Source of the DNA: Candidatus Levyibacteriota bacterium
GTDB taxonomy: Bacteria; Patescibacteriota; Microgenomatia; Levybacterales; UBA12049
Assembly: GCA_003173895.1 (NCBI GenBank)
Contig: PJMG01000001.1
Coordinates: forward strand, 15,576-79,575
Direction of reading: 5' to 3'
DNA: 64,000 nucleotides
The notes under the pieces were generated by a model. It did no database searches. It saw only the letters and a program-made list of their open reading frames with translations, and was not told where the DNA came from. Shown here one piece after another: positions 36,461 through 44,958 of this stretch. The position numbers were made by a program, and so were the translations under genes. Each line of letters opens with the position of its first letter. Position 1 is the stretch's first letter.

Positions 36461-37531
36461 ATGATTGACCAAATTAAATCTCTAAGCAGTTTACTTATTT
36501 CTATTCCTTCTGTAAAAGGAGATAGAAAAAGTTTAGACTTAGTTTTAACAGTAGCTAAACAAGAACTTTCAGACTTTAAAGTAAAAGAATTTGAAAGTAA
36601 TAATATTCCTAGTTTACTAGTTTATAATACTGAAACTTTACCTGAAAAATTTAAAGTTTTAATTAGTGCTCATTTAGATGTCGTTCCTGCTAAAAAAGAT
36701 CAATTTAATGCGGTTGAGAAAAATGGCCGGCTTTATGGTCGTGGAGCATATGATATGAAAGCTGGTGCAGCTGCCAGTATATTAGTATTTAAAGAAGTAG
36801 CTAAAAAAGTGAATTATCCCTTTGGCCTTCAATTAGTAACTGATGAGGAAATTGGTGGATATGATGGTGCTTTATATCAAGTGAAACAGGGAGTTAAAAC
36901 TGATTTTGTTATAGCCGGTGATTCATCTAACTTCTCGATGGTAACAGAAGCTAAAACACTCTTCTGGATAAAAGTTAGTGCACCGGGTAAAACAGAACAT
37001 GCAGGTTATCCCTGGTTGGGAGACAATGCAATTGATAAGATGGTAGATTTTGCTAAAAGAGTAAAAGAAGAATTTCCCACTTTAAAAGAAGATAAATGGA
37101 CCAATACAGTAACACTCTCTAAAATAGAAACTAATAATATAGCAATTAATAAAATACCTGCTGACTGTAGTACTACGTTTGATATTCGTTGTATTCCTGA
37201 AGATAGAGAAAAAGTTTTTAATAAATTTATCAGTTTAATTCCTAAAAATTTTAAATATGAAGTTTTATTAGATGAACCCGCAGAATTAACTCCTAAAGAT
37301 AGTCCATATTTACAGAAATTAGTCTCTACAGTTGAAAAAGTGACTGGAAAAAGACCAGAAATGATTACTAAACACGGTCTATCTGATGTACGTTTTTTTA
37401 TGGAACAAGGAGCACATGGTACCCAATTTGGTCCCAAGGGAGCAGGACATCATAGTGATGATGAGTGGGTAGACCTTAAAAATTTAAATGACTACTATCA
37501 TATATTAAAAAACTTCCTCCTTTCACTTTAA
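36461..37531 (+). CDS. M20-family peptidase (ArgE/DapE-like), tandem paralogue 3
   Basis: SAHLDVVP, YGRGAYDMKA and LVTDEEIGG motifs. Very similar to 34240..35331. Confidence 0.7.
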   Translation: MIDQIKSLSSLLISIPSVKGDRKSLDLVLTVAKQELSDFKVKEFESNNIPSLLVYNTETLPEKFKVLISAHLDVVPAKKDQFNAVEKNGRLYGRGAYDMKAGAAASILVFKEVAKKVNYPFGLQLVTDEEIGGYDGALYQVKQGVKTDFVIAGDSSNFSMVTEAKTLFWIKVSAPGKTEHAGYPWLGDNAIDKMVDFAKRVKEEFPTLKEDKWTNTVTLSKIETNNIAINKIPADCSTTFDIRCIPEDREKVFNKFISLIPKNFKYEVLLDEPAELTPKDSPYLQKLVSTVEKVTGKRPEMITKHGLSDVRFFMEQGAHGTQFGPKGAGHHSDDEWVDLKNLNDYYHILKNFLLSL

Positions 37532-37564
37532 CTTAAAAATATCCTTTGGTATAATCAAACAACG

Positions 37565-37637
37565 GACGGTTAGCTCAGTTGGTTAGAGCGTTACATTGAC
37601 ATTGTAAAGGTCACTGGTTCGAGTCCAGTACCGTCCA
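37565..37637 (+). tRNA. tRNA-Val (anticodon GAC)
   Basis: Acceptor GGACGGT/ACCGTCC, D-arm GCTCAGTTGGTTAGAGC, anticodon stem TTACA/TGTAA with loop TTGACAT, T-arm ACTGGTTCGAGTCCAGT. Confidence 0.8.
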
Positions 37638-37662
37638 CTAAATAATTTGCTACAATACTATT

Positions 37663-38214
37663 ATGACGCGAGATCAAGCTTGGGAAATCTTAAATAAACA
37701 TCTTAAAAACGATAAGCTTATTAAACACTGCTTAGCTGCTGAAGCTACTATGCGAGGTTTAGCAAGATATTTTGGTGAAGATCAAGAAGTTTGGGGAATA
37801 ACAGGACTTCTGCACGATGCAGATTATGAAAAGTCAAAAGGTCACCCAGAAAAACATGGACTTTTACTTTTTGAGTTAGAAAAAGATATCCCTGATGATA
37901 TAAAACATGCTATTCAGTCACATAATTACGATGATACTAATGTCATGCCAGAAACTAAAATGGATTGGGCTATCACTTGCTGTGATCAATTAACTGGACT
38001 TATAGTAGCCTGTGCACTAGTAACACCAAACAGAAAACTTTCCGAATTAACTAACGACTTTATTATAAAGAAATTAAAAGAAGTAAAATTTGCAGCAGGA
38101 GCAGATAGATCTAAAATTTATATGTGTGAGGAAAAATTAGGAATTCCTCTTATAGAATTCGTAACCATAGCATTAACTTCTATGCAGGAAATCAGCGATC
38201 AATTAGGCCTCTAG
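37663..38214 (+). CDS. HD-domain (HDIG-type) phosphohydrolase
   Basis: HCLAAEATMRGLA ... GLLHDADY motifs. Confidence 0.6.
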   Translation: MTRDQAWEILNKHLKNDKLIKHCLAAEATMRGLARYFGEDQEVWGITGLLHDADYEKSKGHPEKHGLLLFELEKDIPDDIKHAIQSHNYDDTNVMPETKMDWAITCCDQLTGLIVACALVTPNRKLSELTNDFIIKKLKEVKFAAGADRSKIYMCEEKLGIPLIEFVTIALTSMQEISDQLGL

Positions 38215-38240
38215 TTTTCTTATCTTATTCTTAAAATTAT

Positions 38241-38537
38241 TTGTTATTTAAAAAACCTATGAGTAAAAGACAATTTATAAAAACTAAATATATTAAAGAA
38301 GTACCCACGAATCAAGAAGTTAATAAATCGGCTGATAAATATTTAGCTGTAGACCGTTCTAAAAAAGCTTTATTTATAAATAATTTTATTGGTGGAATTG
38401 CATGGGGAATAGGAGCTAGTATTGGTGCGTCAATAATAATCACTATACTCGGATTTATTTTAGGACAATTGGGTTTTATTCCATTTCTTCATCCATATAC
38501 TTCACAAGTATTAAAATTTTTCCCACATAAACAGTAA
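38241..38537 (+). CDS. Small membrane protein, hypothetical
   Basis: C-terminal glycine-rich TM segments GGIAWGIGASIGASIIITILGFILGQLGF. Confidence 0.4.
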   Translation: MLFKKPMSKRQFIKTKYIKEVPTNQEVNKSADKYLAVDRSKKALFINNFIGGIAWGIGASIGASIIITILGFILGQLGFIPFLHPYTSQVLKFFPHKQ

Positions 38538-38545
38538 AATACTGC

Positions 38546-38684
38546 TTGCGTCGATAAATTATTCATGTTAATATATTTTTATGATTAAAAATATCGCAAT
38601 GAATTGTCCAACTACAAAGTCAACTTCTGATTAGGAGGTTTTCTTTTTGTGGAAAAGTATAACCTCCGAAAGGAGGTTTTTTTT
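38546..38684 (+). promoter_or_regulatory. Promoter (TTGCGT-17-TGtTAATAT) plus leaderless leader-peptide attenuator, copy C
   Basis: Antiterminator GGAGGUU (38634-38640) pairs with AACCUCC. The competing terminator AACCUCC-GAAA-GGAGGUU + U8 lies at 38661-38684. The leader-peptide stop codon overlaps the antiterminator 5' arm. Confidence 0.5.
38581..38634 (+). CDS. Putative leader peptide MIKNIAMNCPTTKSTSD (17 aa), leaderless
   Basis: ATG is 7 nt after the -10 box. The last seven sense codons include three Thr and two Ser. TAG lies at 38632-38634. Confidence 0.35.
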   Translation: MIKNIAMNCPTTKSTSD

Positions 38685-38692
38685 GTGCCTTT

Positions 38693-39880
38693 ATGGAATT
38701 AAAAATACAACCATCATTACAACCATTACATGAATTAGCAGAAAGCTCTTTTTCTTATGGTAGAGCACAGGCTAAAATACAACCTTTAGAGCAAGCTAAT
38801 AGAAATTCTCGTGTAATAGCTAGAAAATTAGGAGAGATCGTAGAGGGATTACAATTATCTATCGACATTCCTGAAACAAGAAGAATAATTAGTCATGATA
38901 ATGGCAATGCCTTTGCTGAAGTAATTTTAAACGGAAAAAAACATTTTATTATGGCTAGAACACCATTAGATGGAAGAAACTTTAGTGAATCTCTACAAGA
39001 ACAGAAGCCTGAAGTAACTATCGTAAGTGGTCCATGTTTATTTAGTGCCGATGCAGTACAAGCTATTTCTCATGAAGGAGAAAACTTTGCCCTTACTAGG
39101 CGCGGAGAAATAATTAATCAAACTATTTCTCATATAAATGTTGATAATAATTTATCCTTGTATGAAGCAGAAGCTATTTCTAGATTAAGTACTTTAATTC
39201 ATGATTTAGTACAAAATAACCAACATATTAAACACGTCGCGCTTAATATTCCAGAAGCAGAATATTATCTTTTTGGTCTGGAAGCATTTGAACAAGGACA
39301 TCTCTCTTCTCATCAATTAAGAGAATGGTTTAATAATGTGGATTATAGACATGATAGGCAAATTAAATTAATTAAAAATAGAATTCAAAGAGGTACAAAT
39401 GTAGAAATTTATGAATCTTCACCTCTTTTACCTGTTAAAAACTATATACGTATTAAAGTATTAAATAATGAATTACCAACCTTTTCTGAAGCTGTTGAAT
39501 TATTATCAGAAAATAATGAATTATGGAGAGATCTCTTTGCTGTAAGTAAAATTAACAATTGGCAAGATATTATTGATTTATCTTATGTATATGCTGAACT
39601 TGAAGCAGGAGAACAACACGGTGGAAAACCTACATTCGCTCTAGTTATAGAAAATCCAACTGAAAATAAAATATTTGCTAATGCTAAAAAGGTAGCTATA
39701 GAACTTCAGAAAATACGCTCAAGAATTTTTAATGTTGTGGCCATTTATCCTCATGAATTAATTCTTCCTGTAGGAGATAATGCTAATAGAACTATGTATC
39801 ATATAACAGAAACTACTGATGATAAATTTTCATTATTTAGACAAATTGTTAATATATATAGGAGAGGAGGATCTGTATGA
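38693..39880 (+). CDS. Hypothetical protein
   Basis: ORF, first gene downstream of attenuator C. Overlaps the next gene by 4 nt. Confidence 0.45.
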   Translation: MELKIQPSLQPLHELAESSFSYGRAQAKIQPLEQANRNSRVIARKLGEIVEGLQLSIDIPETRRIISHDNGNAFAEVILNGKKHFIMARTPLDGRNFSESLQEQKPEVTIVSGPCLFSADAVQAISHEGENFALTRRGEIINQTISHINVDNNLSLYEAEAISRLSTLIHDLVQNNQHIKHVALNIPEAEYYLFGLEAFEQGHLSSHQLREWFNNVDYRHDRQIKLIKNRIQRGTNVEIYESSPLLPVKNYIRIKVLNNELPTFSEAVELLSENNELWRDLFAVSKINNWQDIIDLSYVYAELEAGEQHGGKPTFALVIENPTENKIFANAKKVAIELQKIRSRIFNVVAIYPHELILPVGDNANRTMYHITETTDDKFSLFRQIVNIYRRGGSV

Positions 39881-40938
39881 AAAAGAATTTAAATTATCAA
39901 AATGCAATATCCATGATTCGGGGCTCTTCTATATATTCTACAGGAGGTGGATTTGCTTACAGTGGGCAAAAAAGAATGTTTAATAATCTTTTTAAAAAAG
40001 TAAATTCCATTAAATTAATTTCTATAGATGAATTAAAAGATAATGATTATATTTGTACTGCATATGCCGTAGGCTCTGCTGGAAATACAGACATTGACTT
40101 ATCACCAGCATTAAGACAAGGCCTTCAAGTCTTACAAAATTTTACTGGTATTAAACCCAAAGCTATTTTTGCTGGAGAAACGAATATTGATATTATTGCT
40201 TCTCAATCGGCAGTAGCTTTAAATTTACCTATATTAGACGCAGATAGTAATGGCGGTAGGGCTGTACCAGAAATACAAATGGATAATTTTGTAATTTATG
40301 ATAAACCCATTACTCCTGTGGTAGTTGTAACTTTAGACGGAGATGTTGCTATTTTGCAACAAACTAAAAATCCATATAATATAGAAAATTTTGTGAGATC
40401 TATCGCAGGTAATTCAAAAATTGGTATGGTAGCAGTATTAGATCATTTAATTCAAGTTAAACTAGCAAAGAAAATATTAACACATGGTATTTTTAGTAGA
40501 TCACTTAAATTGGGTCAATTAATTCAAGAGAATTATAATAATCAAGATTTGTTAGAAAAAATAATTAGAGAAATTAACGGGCAGTTATTAATTAAAGGAA
40601 AAGTTTTTAAATCTACTTTAAAAAGTAATTTAAAAGAAGGTTTTCTAAATGGGGATTATTTTATAAAAGATAGAAAAGGAAATGTGGTAAAAGTTTATGC
40701 TAAAAATGAGAATATAATTTGTTGGAAAAATAATAGAGTATTTGCTACAAGCCCTGATAGAATTTTGACTATTGATACTAAAACATTTTTAGGTATTCAT
40801 AACAGTCAATTAAAAGAAGATGAAGAAGTAGCTGTTATAGTAGCTAAAGCAAGTGAAATGTGGAGAAGTAAGAAAGCTCTAGAATTATTTGAACCTAGAC
40901 ATTTTGGTTTTTTATTTAAACCTAAATTATTAAAGTAA
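39877..40938 (+). CDS. Hypothetical protein (Gly-rich N-terminal GSSIYSTGGGFAYSG motif)
   Basis: ORF, translationally coupled to the upstream gene. Followed 38 nt later by thrS. Confidence 0.45.
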   Translation: MKKNLNYQNAISMIRGSSIYSTGGGFAYSGQKRMFNNLFKKVNSIKLISIDELKDNDYICTAYAVGSAGNTDIDLSPALRQGLQVLQNFTGIKPKAIFAGETNIDIIASQSAVALNLPILDADSNGGRAVPEIQMDNFVIYDKPITPVVVVTLDGDVAILQQTKNPYNIENFVRSIAGNSKIGMVAVLDHLIQVKLAKKILTHGIFSRSLKLGQLIQENYNNQDLLEKIIREINGQLLIKGKVFKSTLKSNLKEGFLNGDYFIKDRKGNVVKVYAKNENIICWKNNRVFATSPDRILTIDTKTFLGIHNSQLKEDEEVAVIVAKASEMWRSKKALELFEPRHFGFLFKPKLLK

Positions 40939-40976
40939 TTGTTTTAAAAACTAGTAGCGTTTGCTATCATATTGCT

Positions 40977-42740
40977 ATGAATGAGAACAAAGAAAAATTA
41001 GAACATCTTAGACATTCTGCAGCGCATTTACTTGCAGCGGCCATTATTGAATTATGGCCTGGCTCTAAACAAACTATTGGTCCTGCTATAGAAAATGGAT
41101 TTTATGAGGATATGGATTTAGGTGATGTAAAAATTTCAGAAGCAGACTTACCAAAGATTGAAGAAAAAATGAGAGAAATAGTTAAAGGGTGGAAAAAATT
41201 TGAAAGAATGGAAGTTTCTAAAGAAGAAGCCATTAAAGCGTTCCCTAATAATGAATATAAACATGAATTAATAAATGAATTTGCAGACCAAGGAAAAACA
41301 TTAACTATTTATAAATCTGGTGATTATATAGATCTTTGTCGTGGAGGACATGATATGGATCCATCTGAAGATTTAAAACATTTTAAGCTCTTAAAAATAG
41401 CAGGAGCATATTGGCGAGGAAATGAAAAAAATAAAATGTTAACTCGTATTTATGGAGCTGCATTTTTTACTCAAGAAGAATTAGATAATTATTTAAAAAT
41501 GCTGGAAGAAGCAGAAAAAAGAGATCACAAAAAGATCGGTCGAGAGCTGGATCTATTTATATTTGTAGATAGTGCTGCAGGGATGCCATATTGGTTACCA
41601 AAAGGATTGATAATCTACAACGAACTACTCAACTTCTCACGAGAAGTTCATAAAAAATTTGGGTATCAAGAAGTTATGACTCCTATTATAAATAAAAAAG
41701 AATTATTTGAAACTTCAGGACATTGGTTTCATTATCGAGATGATATGTTTATTTCACCGATGAGTTATCTGAGAAGCGATTCTAAAGATCCCTACGAAGG
41801 AACTGAAGTTTTTGGTATAAAACCTATGAATTGTCCCAATGCTATGAATATTTTTGATTCTAAAACTCGAAGTTATAGAGACTTACCTATGAGGCTTTCT
41901 GAAACTACAGCGCTTCATAGATTTGAATTATCTGGAACTTTAAACGGCTTATTTAGAGCCAGAGAATTTCATCAAGATGACTCTCATACTTTCTTAGCTG
42001 TTTCACAAGTAGAAGAAGAATTTAAAAAAATTATGGAAATGATCGAGATTTTTTATTCTAGTTTCAATCTTTCTTACAAACTCAGATTTGGTACTAGACC
42101 AGAGAATTTTATGGGTGAAGCTTCTGACTGGGATATTGCAGAAAAAAGCCTTGAAGGAGTTTTAAAAGAATCAGGTAAAGAATATTTTAAAGTAGAAGGA
42201 GAAGGAGCATTTTATGGTCCAAAAGTAGATATTTTAATGAAAGATTCGCTAGGGCGTGAATGGCAGACAGGAACGATTCAACTAGATTTTCAGCAACCAA
42301 AGAATTTTAAATTAAAATATACTGATTCAAACGGTAAAGAAACACAACCAGTAGTTTTACATAAAGCCATTTATGGCTCATTAGAACGTTTTTTAGGCAT
42401 ACTAATTGAGAATTATATTGGTAAACTCCCACTTTGGCTTTCGCCAGTTCAAGTAGTAATTTTACCAATTGCTGATAGACATATAGATTTTGCTAAAAAA
42501 CTTACCAATGAACTATCCACTGCTAATATTCGTACGGAAATTGATATAACTAGCGAGCGTTTGCAAGCTAAAATACGAAATTTTACTTTACAAAAAGTGC
42601 CCTTTATGGGTATAATAGGAGATCAGGAAGTCGAAAATTCATCTGTTGCTATAAGATCCCGAGAGGGTGAAGATTTAGGAAAGATGAAATTAAACGACTT
42701 AATTAATTTCTTAAAAGACAAAATTGATAAAAAGATTTAA
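40977..42740 (+). CDS. thrS: Threonine--tRNA ligase (lacking N-terminal TGS domain)
   Basis: HSAAHLLAAA (HxxxH editing/N2 motif) sits at the very N-terminus. Class II core and anticodon-binding domain follow. Shorter than canonical ThrRS. Confidence 0.85.
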   Translation: MNENKEKLEHLRHSAAHLLAAAIIELWPGSKQTIGPAIENGFYEDMDLGDVKISEADLPKIEEKMREIVKGWKKFERMEVSKEEAIKAFPNNEYKHELINEFADQGKTLTIYKSGDYIDLCRGGHDMDPSEDLKHFKLLKIAGAYWRGNEKNKMLTRIYGAAFFTQEELDNYLKMLEEAEKRDHKKIGRELDLFIFVDSAAGMPYWLPKGLIIYNELLNFSREVHKKFGYQEVMTPIINKKELFETSGHWFHYRDDMFISPMSYLRSDSKDPYEGTEVFGIKPMNCPNAMNIFDSKTRSYRDLPMRLSETTALHRFELSGTLNGLFRAREFHQDDSHTFLAVSQVEEEFKKIMEMIEIFYSSFNLSYKLRFGTRPENFMGEASDWDIAEKSLEGVLKESGKEYFKVEGEGAFYGPKVDILMKDSLGREWQTGTIQLDFQQPKNFKLKYTDSNGKETQPVVLHKAIYGSLERFLGILIENYIGKLPLWLSPVQVVILPIADRHIDFAKKLTNELSTANIRTEIDITSERLQAKIRNFTLQKVPFMGIIGDQEVENSSVAIRSREGEDLGKMKLNDLINFLKDKIDKKI

Positions 42741-43284
42741 TAAACCCAATACTAAGTTTTATAGAATTAACGAGAGGATTTTTGCTAACGAGCTTCGTGT
42801 AATAGATAGCGAAGGAAAGCAAATCGGAATTTTAAGTAAACAGGAAGCATTAAGTAAAGCCAGAGAAGAGGGATTAGATTTAGTAGAAATAGCGGAAAAT
42901 GCGAAGCCACCTGTAGCTAAGATTATTGATTTTAATAAATTTTTATATCAGGAAGCGAAGCGTAAACAGGAGGAGAAGAAAAAAGCTAAAACGACAGATA
43001 CTAAAGAGATTAGACTCGGCCCATTCATGGGTGAAAATGATTTGCAGACCATGATTAGCCGTGCGAGAGGATTTTTAGAGGATGGGAATAAAGTAAGATT
43101 TGTGGTAAAATTTAGAGGAAGACAGATAATTAGGACTAATTTTGGCTTTGAACTTTTACAGAGAATATTTAAAAATTTAGAAGATATTTCTAAAGTAGAT
43201 AGAGAACCAAAATTAGAAGGTAAACAGATTTTTTCGATTATATCGCCAGAAAGGAAAACTAAAAATGCCAAAACAGAAAATTAA
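42724..43284 (+). CDS. infC: Translation initiation factor IF-3
   Basis: YRINERIFANELRVIDSEGKQIGI...LDLVEI...PPVAKIIDFNKFLYQ. The start is non-canonical (TTG 42724 or ATA 42727) and overlaps the thrS 3' end. Confidence 0.8.
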   Translation: MIKRFNKPNTKFYRINERIFANELRVIDSEGKQIGILSKQEALSKAREEGLDLVEIAENAKPPVAKIIDFNKFLYQEAKRKQEEKKKAKTTDTKEIRLGPFMGENDLQTMISRARGFLEDGNKVRFVVKFRGRQIIRTNFGFELLQRIFKNLEDISKVDREPKLEGKQIFSIISPERKTKNAKTEN

Positions 43285-43462
43285 AAGATCCGTACAAAGA
43301 CGTTTTAGAGTGACTAGAACTGGAAAAGTTATTTTCGCTCATCAGTATAATAGTCATTTAAAAAGCGGTAAAAGTAAATCTAGAAAAAGAAGACAAGCAG
43401 TACCAGGAGTTTTAAATGTTGCTTTTGCTAGGAAAATAAAGAGATTATTAGGATATTTATAA
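43265..43462 (+). CDS. rpmI: 50S ribosomal protein L35
   Basis: MPKQKIKRSVQRRFRVTRTGKV. Confidence 0.8.
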   Translation: MPKQKIKRSVQRRFRVTRTGKVIFAHQYNSHLKSGKSKSRKRRQAVPGVLNVAFARKIKRLLGYL

Positions 43463-43466
43463 ATAT

Positions 43467-43811
43467 ATGAGAGTTAAAAGAGGACTAGTTTCTAAAAGAA
43501 AACATAATAAGATTTTTGATTTAACTAAAGGTTATCGAGGATCTAGAAATAGACTTATCAGAACTGCTAAACAATCAGTTATTCAAGCAGGTGCTTATTC
43601 TTTTGCTGGTCGAAAAAACAGAAAAAGAGATTTTAGAGCTCTTTGGATTACCAGAATTTCAGAAGCTGTAAAAGAATATGGAGTTTCATATAGTAAATTT
43701 GTAAAACAATTAAAAACAGCACAAGTAAATTTAAATCGTAAAATGTTAGCAGATTTAGTATTAAATGATAAAGAAAGTTTTAAAAAAGTGGTTGAAGCAG
43801 TAAAAGCCTAA
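43467..43811 (+). CDS. rplT: 50S ribosomal protein L20
   Basis: MRVKRGLVSKRKHNKIF...GYRGSRNRLIRTAKQ. Confidence 0.85.
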   Translation: MRVKRGLVSKRKHNKIFDLTKGYRGSRNRLIRTAKQSVIQAGAYSFAGRKNRKRDFRALWITRISEAVKEYGVSYSKFVKQLKTAQVNLNRKMLADLVLNDKESFKKVVEAVKA

Positions 43812-43836
43812 AAAGCTTTTAAAGTTTCAACTACAT

Positions 43837-43859
43837 AATCCGCTTATAGCGGATTTTTT
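43837..43859 (+). terminator. Intrinsic terminator after rplT
   Basis: AATCCGC-TTATA-GCGGATT + T-run. Confidence 0.55.
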
Positions 43860-43912
43860 AATAGAAAATTAGATTCTGGACAAGCCAGAATGACGCAAGA
43901 TATAATCAATTT

Positions 43913-44953
43913 ATGATTGAAGAACTTTTACAAATTAAAAATGATGCAATTTCTTTAATTCTCTCAACTCAAACCACCGAGCAACTAGAAGAAATAAGAA
44001 TTCAATTTTTAGGAAGATCTGGAAAATTAAATATTGCAATGAAGCAATTACCTAAACTGACTCCAGAAGAACGTGCTAGATTTGGTAAAACTGCTAACGA
44101 AATAAAAAATATTTTGGAAGAAGCTATAATAAATCAAAAATCAAAGTTAAAAAATCAAAATAAAAATAAAGAAAAATTATCCATTGATTTTACTACGCCT
44201 AGTATACCTCCTAAAATAGGCCATTTACACCCTATAACTCAGGCTATAACTGATACCGTAGAAGTTTTTAAAATGTTAGGTTATCAAGCTGCAGATGGAC
44301 CAGAAATAGAAACAGATTATTATAATTTTGAAGCATTAAATATTCCTAAAGATCATCCATCCCGCGATACCCAAATGACTTTTTATTTGGATGATAAAGA
44401 AGTACAGACAAATACTCCTGGAGAAATAATTCTAAGAACACAAATGTCGGGCATGCAAGCTCGTGTTATGGAAAAAATGGAGCCACCAGTTCGTGTTATA
44501 GTCCCTGGAAAAGTGTATAGATATGAACAGGTTGACGCATCACATGGGTTTGAATTCTGGCAATTGGAAGGATTTTTAGTAGATAAACATGTAAGATTAA
44601 CTGATCTTTTTGGAACTTTAGATTATGTTTTAAAAGCACTACTAGGTAAAAATATAGAATTAAAATTTGCTACTACTAACTTCCCGTTTGTGGAACCAGG
44701 TGTAGATACATATATTAAATGCACTGTCTGTGGAGGAATAGGATGTAGTTTTTGCAAAAATAGCGGATGGAGTGAAATAATGCCTGCCGGAATGATTCAT
44801 CCAAATGTTTTAAGAAATGTAGGATTTGATCCTAAAGTTTATAATGGATTCGCTTTTTGTATAGGTTTTTCCAGACTTGTAACTCTTAAATATCAAATGA
44901 GTGATTTAAGATTATTAAGTAACCCTGATTTAAGAATTATCAATCAATTTTAA
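43913..44953 (+). CDS. pheS: Phenylalanine--tRNA ligase alpha subunit
   Basis: Class II motifs, FPFVEPG and GWSEIMPAGMIHPNV. Confidence 0.85.
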   Translation: MIEELLQIKNDAISLILSTQTTEQLEEIRIQFLGRSGKLNIAMKQLPKLTPEERARFGKTANEIKNILEEAIINQKSKLKNQNKNKEKLSIDFTTPSIPPKIGHLHPITQAITDTVEVFKMLGYQAADGPEIETDYYNFEALNIPKDHPSRDTQMTFYLDDKEVQTNTPGEIILRTQMSGMQARVMEKMEPPVRVIVPGKVYRYEQVDASHGFEFWQLEGFLVDKHVRLTDLFGTLDYVLKALLGKNIELKFATTNFPFVEPGVDTYIKCTVCGGIGCSFCKNSGWSEIMPAGMIHPNVLRNVGFDPKVYNGFAFCIGFSRLVTLKYQMSDLRLLSNPDLRIINQF

Positions 44954-44958
44954 TTTAT

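Noticed and set aside
38671-38676. AGGAGG as a Shine-Dalgarno for the gene at 38693
   Set aside because: It lies 16 nt from the ATG and inside the terminator 3' arm. It is better explained as a structural element of the attenuator. The GTG at 38685 opens only a 5-codon frame.
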